Assembly (NCBI GenBank): GCA_965205675.1
Contig: OZ242186.1
Span: 1,280,001-1,344,000 of the forward strand
DNA from: Nitrosopumilus sp.
GTDB lineage: Archaea > Thermoproteota > Nitrososphaeria > Nitrososphaerales > Nitrosopumilaceae
Direction of reading: 5' to 3'
DNA length: 64,000 nucleotides
Of the stretch, positions 20,169-30,049 are shown one piece after another (the stretch's first letter is position 1; each line of letters opens with the position of its first letter). The notes under the pieces are model-generated. The model did no database searches. It worked only from the letters and a program-made list of their open reading frames with translations, and was not told where the DNA came from. Position numbers and translations under genes: made by a program.

Positions 20169-21257
20169 TTGACATCAAAAGGTGATTTTAAGGAATTGCA
20201 GAATCTTTATGATTCTGGTGATTTTACAAAGATATTGGATTATTCCAATGGGATGTATTTTCTAAAACTACGTTCAATGTCAAGACCCACTCTTCTTAAA
20301 AAACTGGCAGAACAACAAGCCATAACAATTTTTCCCAAACCAAAACTTTTTGATATTTTTAATCAAAATATTCCATTAACAGCATTAGACAAATTCATCA
20401 GAAAAGAAGCTGTTGACGAACTAAAAAACATAGCAGATGAAAAAGAAATTCTATACACAGAATTATTCAAGCTTGATGTTTTGGATTGGGGAGGATTATA
20501 TCAGAATGGACTAGAAAAAACCATAGTCAACAACTATGTCAAGAAAATCAAAAATTATGACGAGCTTAATCAAAAAATCACTAATGAATTACATGATAGT
20601 ATGTCGGGATATGTGAAAAGTTCTTGGTATAATCATTGGTCAACCATCTTAATTGAGAATATGTTTCAAGAACACAAAAATATAATTCCTGCAATAGGAA
20701 AAGTGAAAAATTTGGATTTCTTTTGGAATGACATTCCACTTGATCTGAAAGTAACATACTTTCCAAAAGAATTCTTAAACGATAAAAGAAAGGAACTTGG
20801 TTTGAGAACTGAGTTATCATCCCTGAAGAAATTTGCCAAAGAAAGTAAAATATGTTATGACAAAAATGGAAATGACCGACAAATTTTTACAGAGATATAT
20901 AGGAAATTAAGTGAATCATCAAAACCAGAATATCTGAAATTCATAAAGGAATTAAAACAGAAAAGCACAGAGATAATCAATAATACAATAAAAGATCCTG
21001 TATCATTAGCACAATGGCTGTATGAAAAACAAAGTGAAAGGAGATTTGACAGGGTTTATCGATTTTATCTTATTTTGATAGATTCAACTAATTTAGAAGA
21101 TAGTTGGAAATTGAAGCGTAACAGAGATTTGGTTCCAAACGGAATCAAGTCATTTCTCTCTAAAGATCCTAAAAAAGAAATTAAAGATATTAAGTTTGGA
21201 TGGAAAGATAAAGAATATGACACAAAATGCTTTGTGTTGTTTATCGTTAAATCATAA
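20169..21257 (+). CDS. Putative type II restriction endonuclease
   Basis: Abuts the MTase; LDFFWNDIPLDLKVT PD-(D/E)xK-like motif. Confidence 0.7.
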   Translation: MTSKGDFKELQNLYDSGDFTKILDYSNGMYFLKLRSMSRPTLLKKLAEQQAITIFPKPKLFDIFNQNIPLTALDKFIRKEAVDELKNIADEKEILYTELFKLDVLDWGGLYQNGLEKTIVNNYVKKIKNYDELNQKITNELHDSMSGYVKSSWYNHWSTILIENMFQEHKNIIPAIGKVKNLDFFWNDIPLDLKVTYFPKEFLNDKRKELGLRTELSSLKKFAKESKICYDKNGNDRQIFTEIYRKLSESSKPEYLKFIKELKQKSTEIINNTIKDPVSLAQWLYEKQSERRFDRVYRFYLILIDSTNLEDSWKLKRNRDLVPNGIKSFLSKDPKKEIKDIKFGWKDKEYDTKCFVLFIVKS

Positions 21258-21547
21258 CTCCCTAACGTAACAGCTCAAACCCCTAATGTAACACCACTTT
21301 GAAAAACCCCTAAGATGGAACAGTGTAAAAATTCACTTTCTACACTCATACAAAATCACCTGAATTGCACCGTACATACCCTTTATAATACATTTTCAAA
21401 ATTTAAGTCAATCTATAATTTCAGGTATAATTAATATCGAATATTTGGCAAAGGAATTTGATGTCATCTCTGCATCTGTAAGTGGGAGAAGAGATCTGAT
21501 TTCTGATAATTTTCTGCCTTTAAATTTGATTTTACCTGAATGGTTCA

Positions 21548-22189
21548 TTGTATCTGGAACTTGCCCTGCTTGCACTGCTCGTATTTTATGCATTTTTGGA
21601 TATTCGCACAAGGCATGTGCGCACCTATTTTTTCGTGTTTCCGTTTGTAGCCCTACTTGCATTGAAAATAATTACCGGTTCAATTGATGCGACAATGCTG
21701 ATAATGTTTGCAATGCAGGCAGGATTTGTCATGGCAGCATACCTCCTCCGGCTTTTTGCCTCAGCTGACCTGCTGGGTCTGTTAGTTGTGACCTTTGCAG
21801 TTCCCTTTGTAGGACCATTTCCTGCAGTACTTGTACTGGCGCTGACAATAATATTCCAGTCAAACGGAATCATGCTGTCAAATCTGTCATACAATCTGGC
21901 GGACTTGTACAATAACCGACAACTGTTCTCCGATGTCCCACAGATGCGCACAAAAAAGACTGCAAGGAGAATCTACTGGTCGTTTCTTGCACGCCGTCTG
22001 CGAGATGCTGACAAACACGTCCTCCCTGCACAAAGAATCCACAAAGGTTCACTTGAGCTTGCAGTCTCTAGGAAAAATACCGACACACTCTCAAATGCAC
22101 AATATGTGTATTCTGCACATCCGGGTCTTGCATACATTGCATGCGCATACGCATTTTTGCTTTTGGTGGCAAGCCCGTTTCTGATATGA
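21548..22189 (+). CDS. Prepilin/preflagellin peptidase (A24, FlaK/PibD-like)
   Basis: AFLDIRTR first Asp; second motif FASADL (variant of GxGD); multiple TMs. Confidence 0.75.
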   Translation: MYLELALLALLVFYAFLDIRTRHVRTYFFVFPFVALLALKIITGSIDATMLIMFAMQAGFVMAAYLLRLFASADLLGLLVVTFAVPFVGPFPAVLVLALTIIFQSNGIMLSNLSYNLADLYNNRQLFSDVPQMRTKKTARRIYWSFLARRLRDADKHVLPAQRIHKGSLELAVSRKNTDTLSNAQYVYSAHPGLAYIACAYAFLLLVASPFLI

Positions 22190-22193
22190 TGGT

Positions 22194-23861
22194 GTGTTGA
22201 TGATGCAATTCTCCAAGGTATTCAAAAATTTGAGTCAAAAAATCGCAAGTACTCTAAAAAAAGATGCAAAGAAAAAAAACATTCCAGAAAAAAACATTCC
22301 AGAAAAAAACATTCCAGAGAAGAGCATTCCAGAGAAGAGCATTCCAGAGAAGAAGAACTCAAAAAAAGATACAAAAAAAGATACACCGCAAGAAAAATCC
22401 CTCTCGTATTCCTCTGTTAGACCTGCAAAGTACCTTATACAATACAAGGTAGGTGATGATGTAGTAGTTACAATATCTGAGGACATGCAGTACTGCGTAT
22501 ATGAGCCACAGTTCTCAGATGCTGCATCAAAATCCGCATATGACAGTATAATGTCATACAAGAGATTTACAAGGTATGATGGCAACGCGGTCTTTTCTGA
22601 GTTGTCCGTAGAGGAGATAATGAGTGAGGCAGAATCCGCTGCAACAGAACTTGGTCTTCTCGAAGAGTTTCTGAAAAATTACCGAACGTTTCAATACTAT
22701 ATCCGGCGCGATATCTTCGGGTTTGATGTTCTAAATGTACTGCTGCAAGACGAATCAAATCTTGAGGACATCACATGTTCAAATTACAATGATACGGTAG
22801 GTGTGGTTCACCGCAAATATCTCAGCTGGGGAGTCATGAGAACCACGATAAAATTTGACTCAAAAAAGCATATGGAGTCGCTGATGGAGAAGATGGCAAA
22901 CCGCGCTTACAAACATCTCTCTGATGCCACACCCATGGTTGACCTGCAGCTGGATAAAAAATACAGAATGTCGCTTGTAAAATCTGACGTGATATCGCCG
23001 CTGTCCCCTGCGCTATCCATACGAATAAAATCCCCTGACCCGATCACGATAAAAAATCTGCTTGACTCAAACACCATATCTCACAATACAGTTGCTGCAA
23101 TCTGGACTCTTTTGGATGTACGTGGTACGGGGCTTATTATTGGCGGCACAGGTTCAGGCAAAACCTCTACCCTTGGCGCCTTACTGCTGCTGATAAAAAA
23201 GACTGAGAAGATAATAACAATCGAGGACACTGGGGAAATTCAGATACCTCACACAGACTGGCTGCCATTAATGATTGATGCCCCCGTATCAACTGCCGGT
23301 TATTTTAAAAAATTTCAGGCAATTCTCAACACTTCGCTGCGACAGAGACCATACATGATCTCAGTGGGAGAGGTGCGAGGCGAATCAACAAAGATGCTCT
23401 TTGATGCAATATCTACAGGCCACTCCTCGATGTCATCCTTTCATGCATATGGTGCGTCAGGTGCAATCAATCGTATCATAGGGGAAATCGGTGTACCTGC
23501 CGGTTCTTTTACTGATCTTGGATTCATTTTATCAATGGGGGAAATAATAACAAAGCAGGGAATACTTGAGAGGCGATGCCTCTCCTTTGATGAGATAAGC
23601 TCAGATGGTCATGAGGTCTTTCTCAACAACCTTGGAGTGTACAATGCAGATACTGATTCTTTTGATAACAACTCGATTCCTTTTCTGTGTGAGAATTCCA
23701 AGAGGCTGCAGGCAGCAGTAGCCCGAGACGCATCAACTGAGATGGCATCAGACTTTGCACTACGAGTTGACCTGTTGCGGGAATGTCAAAAGCGGGCAGT
23801 CACCCAACACGAGACAGCAGAGATTCTATCCAAATATTATGAAAAGAAATATCAGCGATAG
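22194..23861 (+). CDS. Type IV pilus assembly ATPase (FlaI/TadA/VirB11 family)
   Basis: GGTGSGKTS, TIEDTGEI, LRQRP...VGEVRG, TGHSSMSSFHA. Confidence 0.95.
   Translation: MLMMQFSKVFKNLSQKIASTLKKDAKKKNIPEKNIPEKNIPEKSIPEKSIPEKKNSKKDTKKDTPQEKSLSYSSVRPAKYLIQYKVGDDVVVTISEDMQYCVYEPQFSDAASKSAYDSIMSYKRFTRYDGNAVFSELSVEEIMSEAESAATELGLLEEFLKNYRTFQYYIRRDIFGFDVLNVLLQDESNLEDITCSNYNDTVGVVHRKYLSWGVMRTTIKFDSKKHMESLMEKMANRAYKHLSDATPMVDLQLDKKYRMSLVKSDVISPLSPALSIRIKSPDPITIKNLLDSNTISHNTVAAIWTLLDVRGTGLIIGGTGSGKTSTLGALLLLIKKTEKIITIEDTGEIQIPHTDWLPLMIDAPVSTAGYFKKFQAILNTSLRQRPYMISVGEVRGESTKMLFDAISTGHSSMSSFHAYGASGAINRIIGEIGVPAGSFTDLGFILSMGEIITKQGILERRCLSFDEISSDGHEVFLNNLGVYNADTDSFDNNSIPFLCENSKRLQAAVARDASTEMASDFALRVDLLRECQKRAVTQHETAEILSKYYEKKYQR
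22275..22349 (+). repeat. 15-bp coding repeat x5 (K[NS]IPE)
   Basis: AAAAACATTCCAGAA / AAGAGCATTCCAGAG units. Confidence 0.9.
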
Positions 23862-25743
23862 GACCATCATATGTGTAGTTCTGTTTTTTGCAGGCATTGT
23901 ACTTGGAATATCCGGACACATCGCACTGCTGTTTCTCTGCTGTATCTCTGCACTGTCAATATACACGATACGTCTTTCTGATGTTGCAAAACTCAAAAGA
24001 CTTGGAAAAAAACCTGCAATCAGAAAAAAAGAGATTCCAAACTCTGAAAAGTTTCTAAAGAGACTGATAAAATACAGAATGTTCTCCCTGCTGTATGATT
24101 CTGCAAGAAATACTGCCCACGCAAGCGTGCCCAGGACTGGTCAGACTGCAACTCCTGGCATTCATGCAAAAAACGCAGTCATTATATTTTTTGCATCTCT
24201 TTTTGTAGCGGCGGCTGTTGCCCTCTTTGGGATACTTTCAGGAATTTACTATCTTGCAGCGTCTCTTGCTGTTCCGTTAGTCGTGTATCTCTTCCCGAAA
24301 CTATCTGTATCTGTGCGGGTATCTGAGCGCACAACACTCTTTGATGAAGAGATTGCATATTTTCTGTCATACCTGCAGATAGTCCATTCTGGCACCATGA
24401 TGATATACAGAAGCATCGCAATGCTTGACGGAAAAAATATATTTCCAGGACTAGAGTCTGACGGATTGTTACTGAAAAAATGGGTAGAGTATGATGCGAC
24501 AGTACAGATTGATGCGATAAATGAACTGGCACAGAACCATCCGCACAAGACATTCAAGCAGTTTTTAATCCAGTACTGTAGCATAGCCAAATCAAGCGTT
24601 GATAACATTCCCTCGTTTATTGCAGAATCTGCCAAAACAGAGTTTGCAAGAATTGTCCAGAGTGCCGAGAATGCGATAGGCAAGGCTGCAATGGTATTCA
24701 TCATGGGTGCACTCATGATGGTGATGGCGCCGGTCCTGCTGGTCATGATGAGTTTCATTGGTGGCGTTGATGACTCTACAACACATCATCTCATAAATTT
24801 CCTAACTGTAATGCCTGTAATTTACACTGTGATGGTTTTCTTTATGTTCAAAACAAGACAGGACAGTGAACTGTATCCGAAAAAAATCGCATTTGTTGCA
24901 CTTCCAGTCATTTTTGTATTATGCTATCTTATCACTAGGGATGCAATGGCATCCTTTGCACTTGCATGTGCAGTGCCATGTGTGATTAATGGCAGAGCCA
25001 TCGCAAGTCAGATGAGATACATCAGACAGATTAATGACAACTTTCCAATCTTTTTGCGTGATTTGATAGAGTCTCGCAAGATAGATGCAAACTTTATCGT
25101 GTCATTAAAAAAACTGGCATCTGGAGACGACATGGAATCAAGGTATGGCGCATATGCTGGCATATTGCGACAGATGCGAATGCGGTTAGAGGATGGCAAT
25201 TACCATGACCGACCTCTGATTTATGACAGAGGAATCCCATCATGGCGTCTGAGGATGCTGACGTTTATCTTTCAGACAATATATGATGCAGACAGAGGTG
25301 ACATTGCCACGCTTGAGCGGATGCACAAGTTTACCGTCTCAATTAACGAGATCAAAAACAAGCTCTCAGATTCAGTCTCTCTCTCGTCGTTGATGCTGTA
25401 TGCATCATCACCACTGTTCTTTGTGGTGCTAGTTGCAATGTCTGTCTTTATGGGGTCTTTCTCAAGTGTGATTCCTGATCTTCCAGACAGCATACGCGGT
25501 TCTGCTGATGCCAGTCTCTTCTTTGAAAAGCCTGACTTTGCATCTCTGCTCTCATCGCTAAAGCCTGCATTTTTAGTCATGTCTATGTGTTCTGGACTGG
25601 TCATATCTCGTGTTGTATATTCTACGTTTTCTGCGACCCTGCCTGTGGGTATATGTGCATCTGTGGCATTTGTAATAGTGGCATTCTGGGATCGTCTCTT
25701 TGAGGTCTTATCCGGACTGCTCTTGCCTCTTTTTTCGTTTTAA
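23755..25743 (+). CDS. Type IV pilus membrane platform protein (FlaJ/TadC-like)
   Basis: Two T2SSF-like halves (FDEEIAYFLSYL; INDNFPIFLRDL); many TMs; follows the ATPase; likely start ATG 23839. Confidence 0.85.
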   Translation: MHYELTCCGNVKSGQSPNTRQQRFYPNIMKRNISDRTIICVVLFFAGIVLGISGHIALLFLCCISALSIYTIRLSDVAKLKRLGKKPAIRKKEIPNSEKFLKRLIKYRMFSLLYDSARNTAHASVPRTGQTATPGIHAKNAVIIFFASLFVAAAVALFGILSGIYYLAASLAVPLVVYLFPKLSVSVRVSERTTLFDEEIAYFLSYLQIVHSGTMMIYRSIAMLDGKNIFPGLESDGLLLKKWVEYDATVQIDAINELAQNHPHKTFKQFLIQYCSIAKSSVDNIPSFIAESAKTEFARIVQSAENAIGKAAMVFIMGALMMVMAPVLLVMMSFIGGVDDSTTHHLINFLTVMPVIYTVMVFFMFKTRQDSELYPKKIAFVALPVIFVLCYLITRDAMASFALACAVPCVINGRAIASQMRYIRQINDNFPIFLRDLIESRKIDANFIVSLKKLASGDDMESRYGAYAGILRQMRMRLEDGNYHDRPLIYDRGIPSWRLRMLTFIFQTIYDADRGDIATLERMHKFTVSINEIKNKLSDSVSLSSLMLYASSPLFFVVLVAMSVFMGSFSSVIPDLPDSIRGSADASLFFEKPDFASLLSSLKPAFLVMSMCSGLVISRVVYSTFSATLPVGICASVAFVIVAFWDRLFEVLSGLLLPLFSF

Positions 25744-25767
25744 ATAGTATTTTTTATCCCCAGTATA

Positions 25768-26310
25768 ATGCAAATTACAAAGGACACACTCATCTGGGTC
25801 GGAATAACAGCACTTGTTGCCACGACTGCCGCTTCATTACTAAGTTCTGGCATCATCAATGATGCCCAAAACGACGGCAGTTTTGATATTGTCTCAGCTG
25901 AGATAAAACGAGGTTCTACAGGCAGTGCCATCCTTGAGATAAATGTTCGCAACAGTGGCTCTGATACAGTCGTTGTCCAGACTGCTGCATTGGGATATCC
26001 AATAGAGGATGCAACTGTTGCAGTCTCCATTGGCTCTGGAAAAAATCAATGCGAAGCTGATGCAACTGATGCTGATTCGGAATCTGTATCACTGATATTT
26101 GGCGATACATCTGGGAACGGCGAGGATGCTGTAAGTTTGGATAGAGGAGGCGTTACAACGCTTATCTGTACAATTCCAGAATCTGATGACATGAAGTATG
26201 GAGAATCATATACGCTGTCAATATCTGGTACAGTTGATGATGGTGATGATTCCACCGACGGCAGAACAGTATCTGATACGTCTGTAGTATACGTTACAAC
26301 TGGATTCTAA
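25768..26310 (+). CDS. Pilin-like protein (MxxTK[DE] family)
   Basis: N-terminal TM helix; IVSAEI...LEINVRNSGSD; GESYTLSI. Confidence 0.7.
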   Translation: MQITKDTLIWVGITALVATTAASLLSSGIINDAQNDGSFDIVSAEIKRGSTGSAILEINVRNSGSDTVVVQTAALGYPIEDATVAVSIGSGKNQCEADATDADSESVSLIFGDTSGNGEDAVSLDRGGVTTLICTIPESDDMKYGESYTLSISGTVDDGDDSTDGRTVSDTSVVYVTTGF

Positions 26311-26360
26311 ATCCACTTTTTTTATTTTTTTTACAGGTCTGCAAAACTGAAAAATTAATC

Positions 26361-26708
26361 TTATTTTAAATCAACTTTGTTATATTCCAAATTAGATAAA
26401 TTCTCATCTAATACAGCTCTATAATATTGAAATAACCCTATAGTTTTTGGGGAATGGAAATTTGCAAAATAGATTAATTCATTCTCTTCTTCCTTCGAAA
26501 GAACAATTTTTTCACTGACTAGATCTTCTAGAGATCTCTGTATACTTTCACTATCTAAATCTGTAAAGCCCTGTATCTCTTCAATTGTTTGAGGTAATTC
26601 ATAGTTTGATAACAAACAATCTAAAACTTGCAAAGATTTTGAATGTGAATCAATTCTTTGAAATGGTAATCTGTATTCTGCTGTTTTTTCTATTTCTTCT
26701 AATGTCAT
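26361..26708 (-). CDS. wHTH protein (AT-rich cargo)
   Basis: VLDCLL...TIEEIQGFTDLDSESIQRSLEDLVSEKIV. Confidence 0.7.
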   Translation of the reverse strand: MTLEEIEKTAEYRLPFQRIDSHSKSLQVLDCLLSNYELPQTIEEIQGFTDLDSESIQRSLEDLVSEKIVLSKEEENELIYFANFHSPKTIGLFQYYRAVLDENLSNLEYNKVDLK

Positions 26709-26904
26709 GTTTTATGTGATTCCTGAAAAATATTTAAAGATAGCCCCACATTTTAAGCTTGGAAATGTATTTTAGCGATTAATTGTGAATCAAAGGGTGA
26801 CTAGAATTACATCATAAAGTACAGAGTTTTGGGAGAAGAGACTAATTGAGAGATTTATTGAAAGATCAGATCACGAAACATTTGAATTAAAAAATAAACT
26901 AGAT

Positions 26905-27318
26905 TTGTTCCAAAGTTTTGGCAGGTTTGTATCCGATCCAAATCTAGCCACAGCATTTGATAATCTGGTCACTAGAAAATTGATTTTGCAAATCAATCTT
27001 GGAAATTATATATTAAACAGTCATACATCTATCGAAGAAATTAGACGTATACTTCAGATGGAACCAATTCATTTTATGTCGGAACGAATGATGCCTGTTG
27101 AAAGTTATTTCAAGAATCATAAATTACAATTTAATTTTACTACTGATAAAAATAGTTGGCCTCATAGAGGAACGTATTATTGTTGCACACAGGAAGACGA
27201 CCCGTCTGTTTGGAAAATTATTGTTAGAACAAATCCTGCCAAATCCCCCACATTTTATAGTTTTGGGAGTTTTGATTCCGTGAAGTTATCGGGATCTAAC
27301 GCAGAGAGAGGGATTTGA
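26905..27318 (+). CDS. Hypothetical protein whose 3' end overlaps the tRNA
   Basis: 137-aa ORF in an AT-rich island. Confidence 0.4.
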   Translation: MFQSFGRFVSDPNLATAFDNLVTRKLILQINLGNYILNSHTSIEEIRRILQMEPIHFMSERMMPVESYFKNHKLQFNFTTDKNSWPHRGTYYCCTQEDDPSVWKIIVRTNPAKSPTFYSFGSFDSVKLSGSNAERGI

Positions 27319-27385
27319 ACCCCCGAGACCTATGACAGTCATCCACTCTTAAGGCGGACGCCCGACCAGACTAGGCGATCTCTGC
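27300..27385 (-). tRNA. Class II tRNA with anticodon TAA (nominally Leu) and Ser-like body
   Basis: GCAGAGA/TCTCTGC acceptor; GCCTAGTCTGGTCGGGC D arm; TCCGC-CTTAAGA-GTGGA anticodon arm; long variable arm; GGGGG-TTCAAAT-CCCTC T arm; discriminator G. Confidence 0.9.
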
Positions 27386-27666
27386 ACAAACTATAAAAAT
27401 AACGAAGATAGTAAAACGTTGGTTACTAATCCACCATGCAAAAACATGAGCGGAATAAATCCTATGACAGTCAAGTAACCATTTTTTAATTATTAATTTG
27501 GTTCAAACTGGCATTTTGTATGATTGTTTTCCATTTGTTATTGCCATCAACAATTATTCCCGCTATTTCTGCCGGAGTCTTTCCATTTAGAGATTGGTCT
27601 GGTCCCCTCTAGAGTAGGACCGGTAGCATACATACACTTTTCAGATAACTTGGGAGGCTTACCCTC

Positions 27667-27957
27667 ATGGTAAAGAGCAAATTCACATCAGCAGAAAAGT
27701 CAAGAGTGGTTTTAGAGTCACTAAACACAAACATTGCAACTGCAGAGTTGTGCAGAAAGTACAATATTCATCCACAGACATTCTACCAATGGAGGGAACG
27801 ATTTGTAGAAGGTGGCAAGGCATCATTAAATGGCACACCAAACGGAGATGTCTGCAAGAATCTGCAAAAGGAAAATGATTCCCTCAAAAAACTAATCGGC
27901 GAGATCACAATTGCCAATGACATTTTAAAAAAAACGTTGGAGAACCAGAAAAGATGA
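27667..27957 (+). CDS. IS3 transposase OrfA (HTH)
   Basis: AELCRKYNIHPQTFYQWR; slippery A8 run near 27927. Confidence 0.9.
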   Translation: MVKSKFTSAEKSRVVLESLNTNIATAELCRKYNIHPQTFYQWRERFVEGGKASLNGTPNGDVCKNLQKENDSLKKLIGEITIANDILKKTLENQKR

Positions 27958-28776
27958 CTGCAGTGAATCAACTGAACAAACACATCAGTTTGAACAAGTC
28001 ATTGTTATTAATTGGAGTCTCAAAATCCAAATGGTATTACTCAAAGTCACCAAGAAGGATTCAGACAGATCCTGCAGTAACTGATGTAGTTCAAAAGATT
28101 GGAAAACAAAGGCCAACTTATGGAACCAGACGCATGGCATCCCAAGTCTCAAGGGAACTGAACAAGCCTGTAAACAGAAAACAAATCAGAAGAATATTTC
28201 ACAAATTGGGCTGGATTGAGCCTAAAAAGACCAAAAATGACATCATCAAATCTGCCAGAACATTATTCAAGCCTGATGCACCAAACCAGTTGTGGCAGAC
28301 AGACATCACATATGTCTGGTGTGGGGTTGACAGATGGTGCTACTGCTTTAACGTGATTGATGCATTTAGCAGGAAATGGATTTGGCATTCATTTGATGTG
28401 GCAGCTCCAAAGAGCACTGCAATTGACAGCATCATTAATGCAGTAGCTACTGCAAAGCCTGATTGCACAAAACTGATTCTCAGAACTGACAACGGTTCGC
28501 AATACAACAGCCGAGATTTCAGACAAGCAGTTATTCTACTTGGAATAAGACATGAATTCATCTGGGCACCACACGCCAGAACAAAACGGACATGTCGAAT
28601 CATTCCACAAGACACTCAAGAAGGAATACTTGTGGAGGTACGAGTTTGCAAACTATCAGGAAGCCGAAGTTGCTCTAGAGAAAGCACGAATCGATTACAA
28701 TGGTTCCAGGATTCATTCAGCGTTAGGATACCTTACTCCTGATGAATTCATGGAGTTATGGGAGATGAAAACATAA
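27954..28776 (+). pseudogene. IS3 transposase OrfB (DDE), frameshifted near 28565
   Basis: WQTDITY, TDNGSQY; HTPEQNGHVESFHKTLK continues in another frame. Confidence 0.85.
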
Positions 28777-29454
28777 ATGAATCAGACTGTATGTAAAATA
28801 ATGCAAAAAGTGGTACTAAAAACAGGGGTCCACTCCAAGATCCATGCTTCTTTGAGAAATTGTAAAATGTCTGAAAGCCATCAAATAGAGGACTGTTCAT
28901 CTTTTTTATTCCCCTATATGCTACCTCACGATCCCTGATAGTACCGTTTAGTCTTTCCATTCTGTTGTTATTTTTATCTCCCTTTAGATGAATATGGCGT
29001 ATGTGTTCTGTCTTTTTTTGTAAATAATTTTTTTGACTGTATATTTAAAAAACAAATTGAAGACGTTAATCAAAAAGATTACCATAATAATCGACAACCC
29101 GGAATAGCTGCTTTTACTTTATTTGTCAAATTTGGTTGGATTCATGAAGTTAGCAGAAAAGGAAGACAGATTTTTTATCAAATTGATAAACCTGATGAAT
29201 ATTTGGATATAATAAATAAGAAAATTTTACTTTGTTCAATGTGTGGATTACCTACACCGGATAAATTTTGTAATCAGTGCAATACTCACATTTAGAAAAA
29301 GAAAATATTCTGACGACGGAATACACAGCAGAAGGGAATCGAGAGGAACCGGTCAGGCGGTTTGCAGATCTTCAAGTGCAATGACTGTAAAAGAAAATTT
29401 ACAACAAACCTTGAATTTTTCTTGCTTTAAATCCGTCTCACATCATATCTTTTA

Positions 29455-29928
29455 ATGAATCTGACAAAAGAGAATGTTATCTTGCTTTTGGCAGTCGGAC
29501 TTGGAGCAGCCGCCGTCATGGGGATTTTATCTGGCAGTCTCTTTGATGCTGCAAGTACTGTTAATTCAAAGACATTGCAAATAACATCAGCTCAGGTTGT
29601 AGGGGATTCTGAAGGAAACCACATACTAAGTTTTACTGTAAAGAATTTCAGTAGAGATGATATCTATGACATCAACGCATCATGCAGCACCACTACTCCA
29701 GATGAGATAGAGACAGACGGAGGAGACGAACTGCGCCTGAGCAAATGGAGTGGCGGATATTTTTTTAGAGTTGGCGAGTTTGAGGACTTGGCACCAGGAC
29801 AGAGCAAATCTGCAAACCATTCTTTTAGAATGTCTGGCTCAGATGATAATGTATGCATTCTTACAGTTAACGGACTTTTAGGCGATGTCAAACAGATACA
29901 CAGAGTGCCAGTAGATATAGTCCCTTGA
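29455..29928 (+). CDS. Pilin-like protein (MxxTK[DE] family)
   Basis: N-terminal TM helix; LQITSAQV...SFTVKN; LAPGQSKS. Confidence 0.7.
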   Translation: MNLTKENVILLLAVGLGAAAVMGILSGSLFDAASTVNSKTLQITSAQVVGDSEGNHILSFTVKNFSRDDIYDINASCSTTTPDEIETDGGDELRLSKWSGGYFFRVGEFEDLAPGQSKSANHSFRMSGSDDNVCILTVNGLLGDVKQIHRVPVDIVP

Positions 29929-29929
29929 T

Positions 29930-29976
29930 GGTTCTGGTGCATTTTGGTGATCTGATCACTAGAATCCACCAGAACC
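29930..29976. mobile_element. 47-bp IS6-type micro-element with 8-bp TSD
   Basis: GGTTCTGGTG...CACCAGAACC flanked by CCCTTGAT at 29922-29929 and 29977-29984. Confidence 0.85.
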
Positions 29977-30049
29977 CCCTTGATTATGACATCGTCTCTG
30001 ATCCTTTCGCTTTAAACTGTGTTTTTAAGCTACTTTTACTTGCCTTATT

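Larger units (their letters stand above)
27595..28837 (+). mobile_element. IS3-family insertion sequence with 4-bp TSD
   Basis: Ends TGGTCTGGTCCCCT / AGGGGTCCACTCCA (TG...CA); AGAT on both sides (27591-27594 and 28838-28841). Confidence 0.92.
27486..29020 (-). pseudogene. C-terminal remnant of an IS6-like DDE transposase interrupted by the IS3 element
   Basis: NNNRMERLNGTIRDRE...YNFSKKHGS | LNGKTPAEIAGIIVDGNNKWKTIIQNAS rejoins in frame once the IS and one AGAT are removed. Confidence 0.85.

Noticed and set aside
27329-27473. 13-bp CCTATGACAGTCA shared by the tRNA variable arm and 27461-27473, as a possible att duplication
   Set aside because: Short, lies upstream of the tRNA rather than duplicating its 3' end, and no integrase is visible; may be chance
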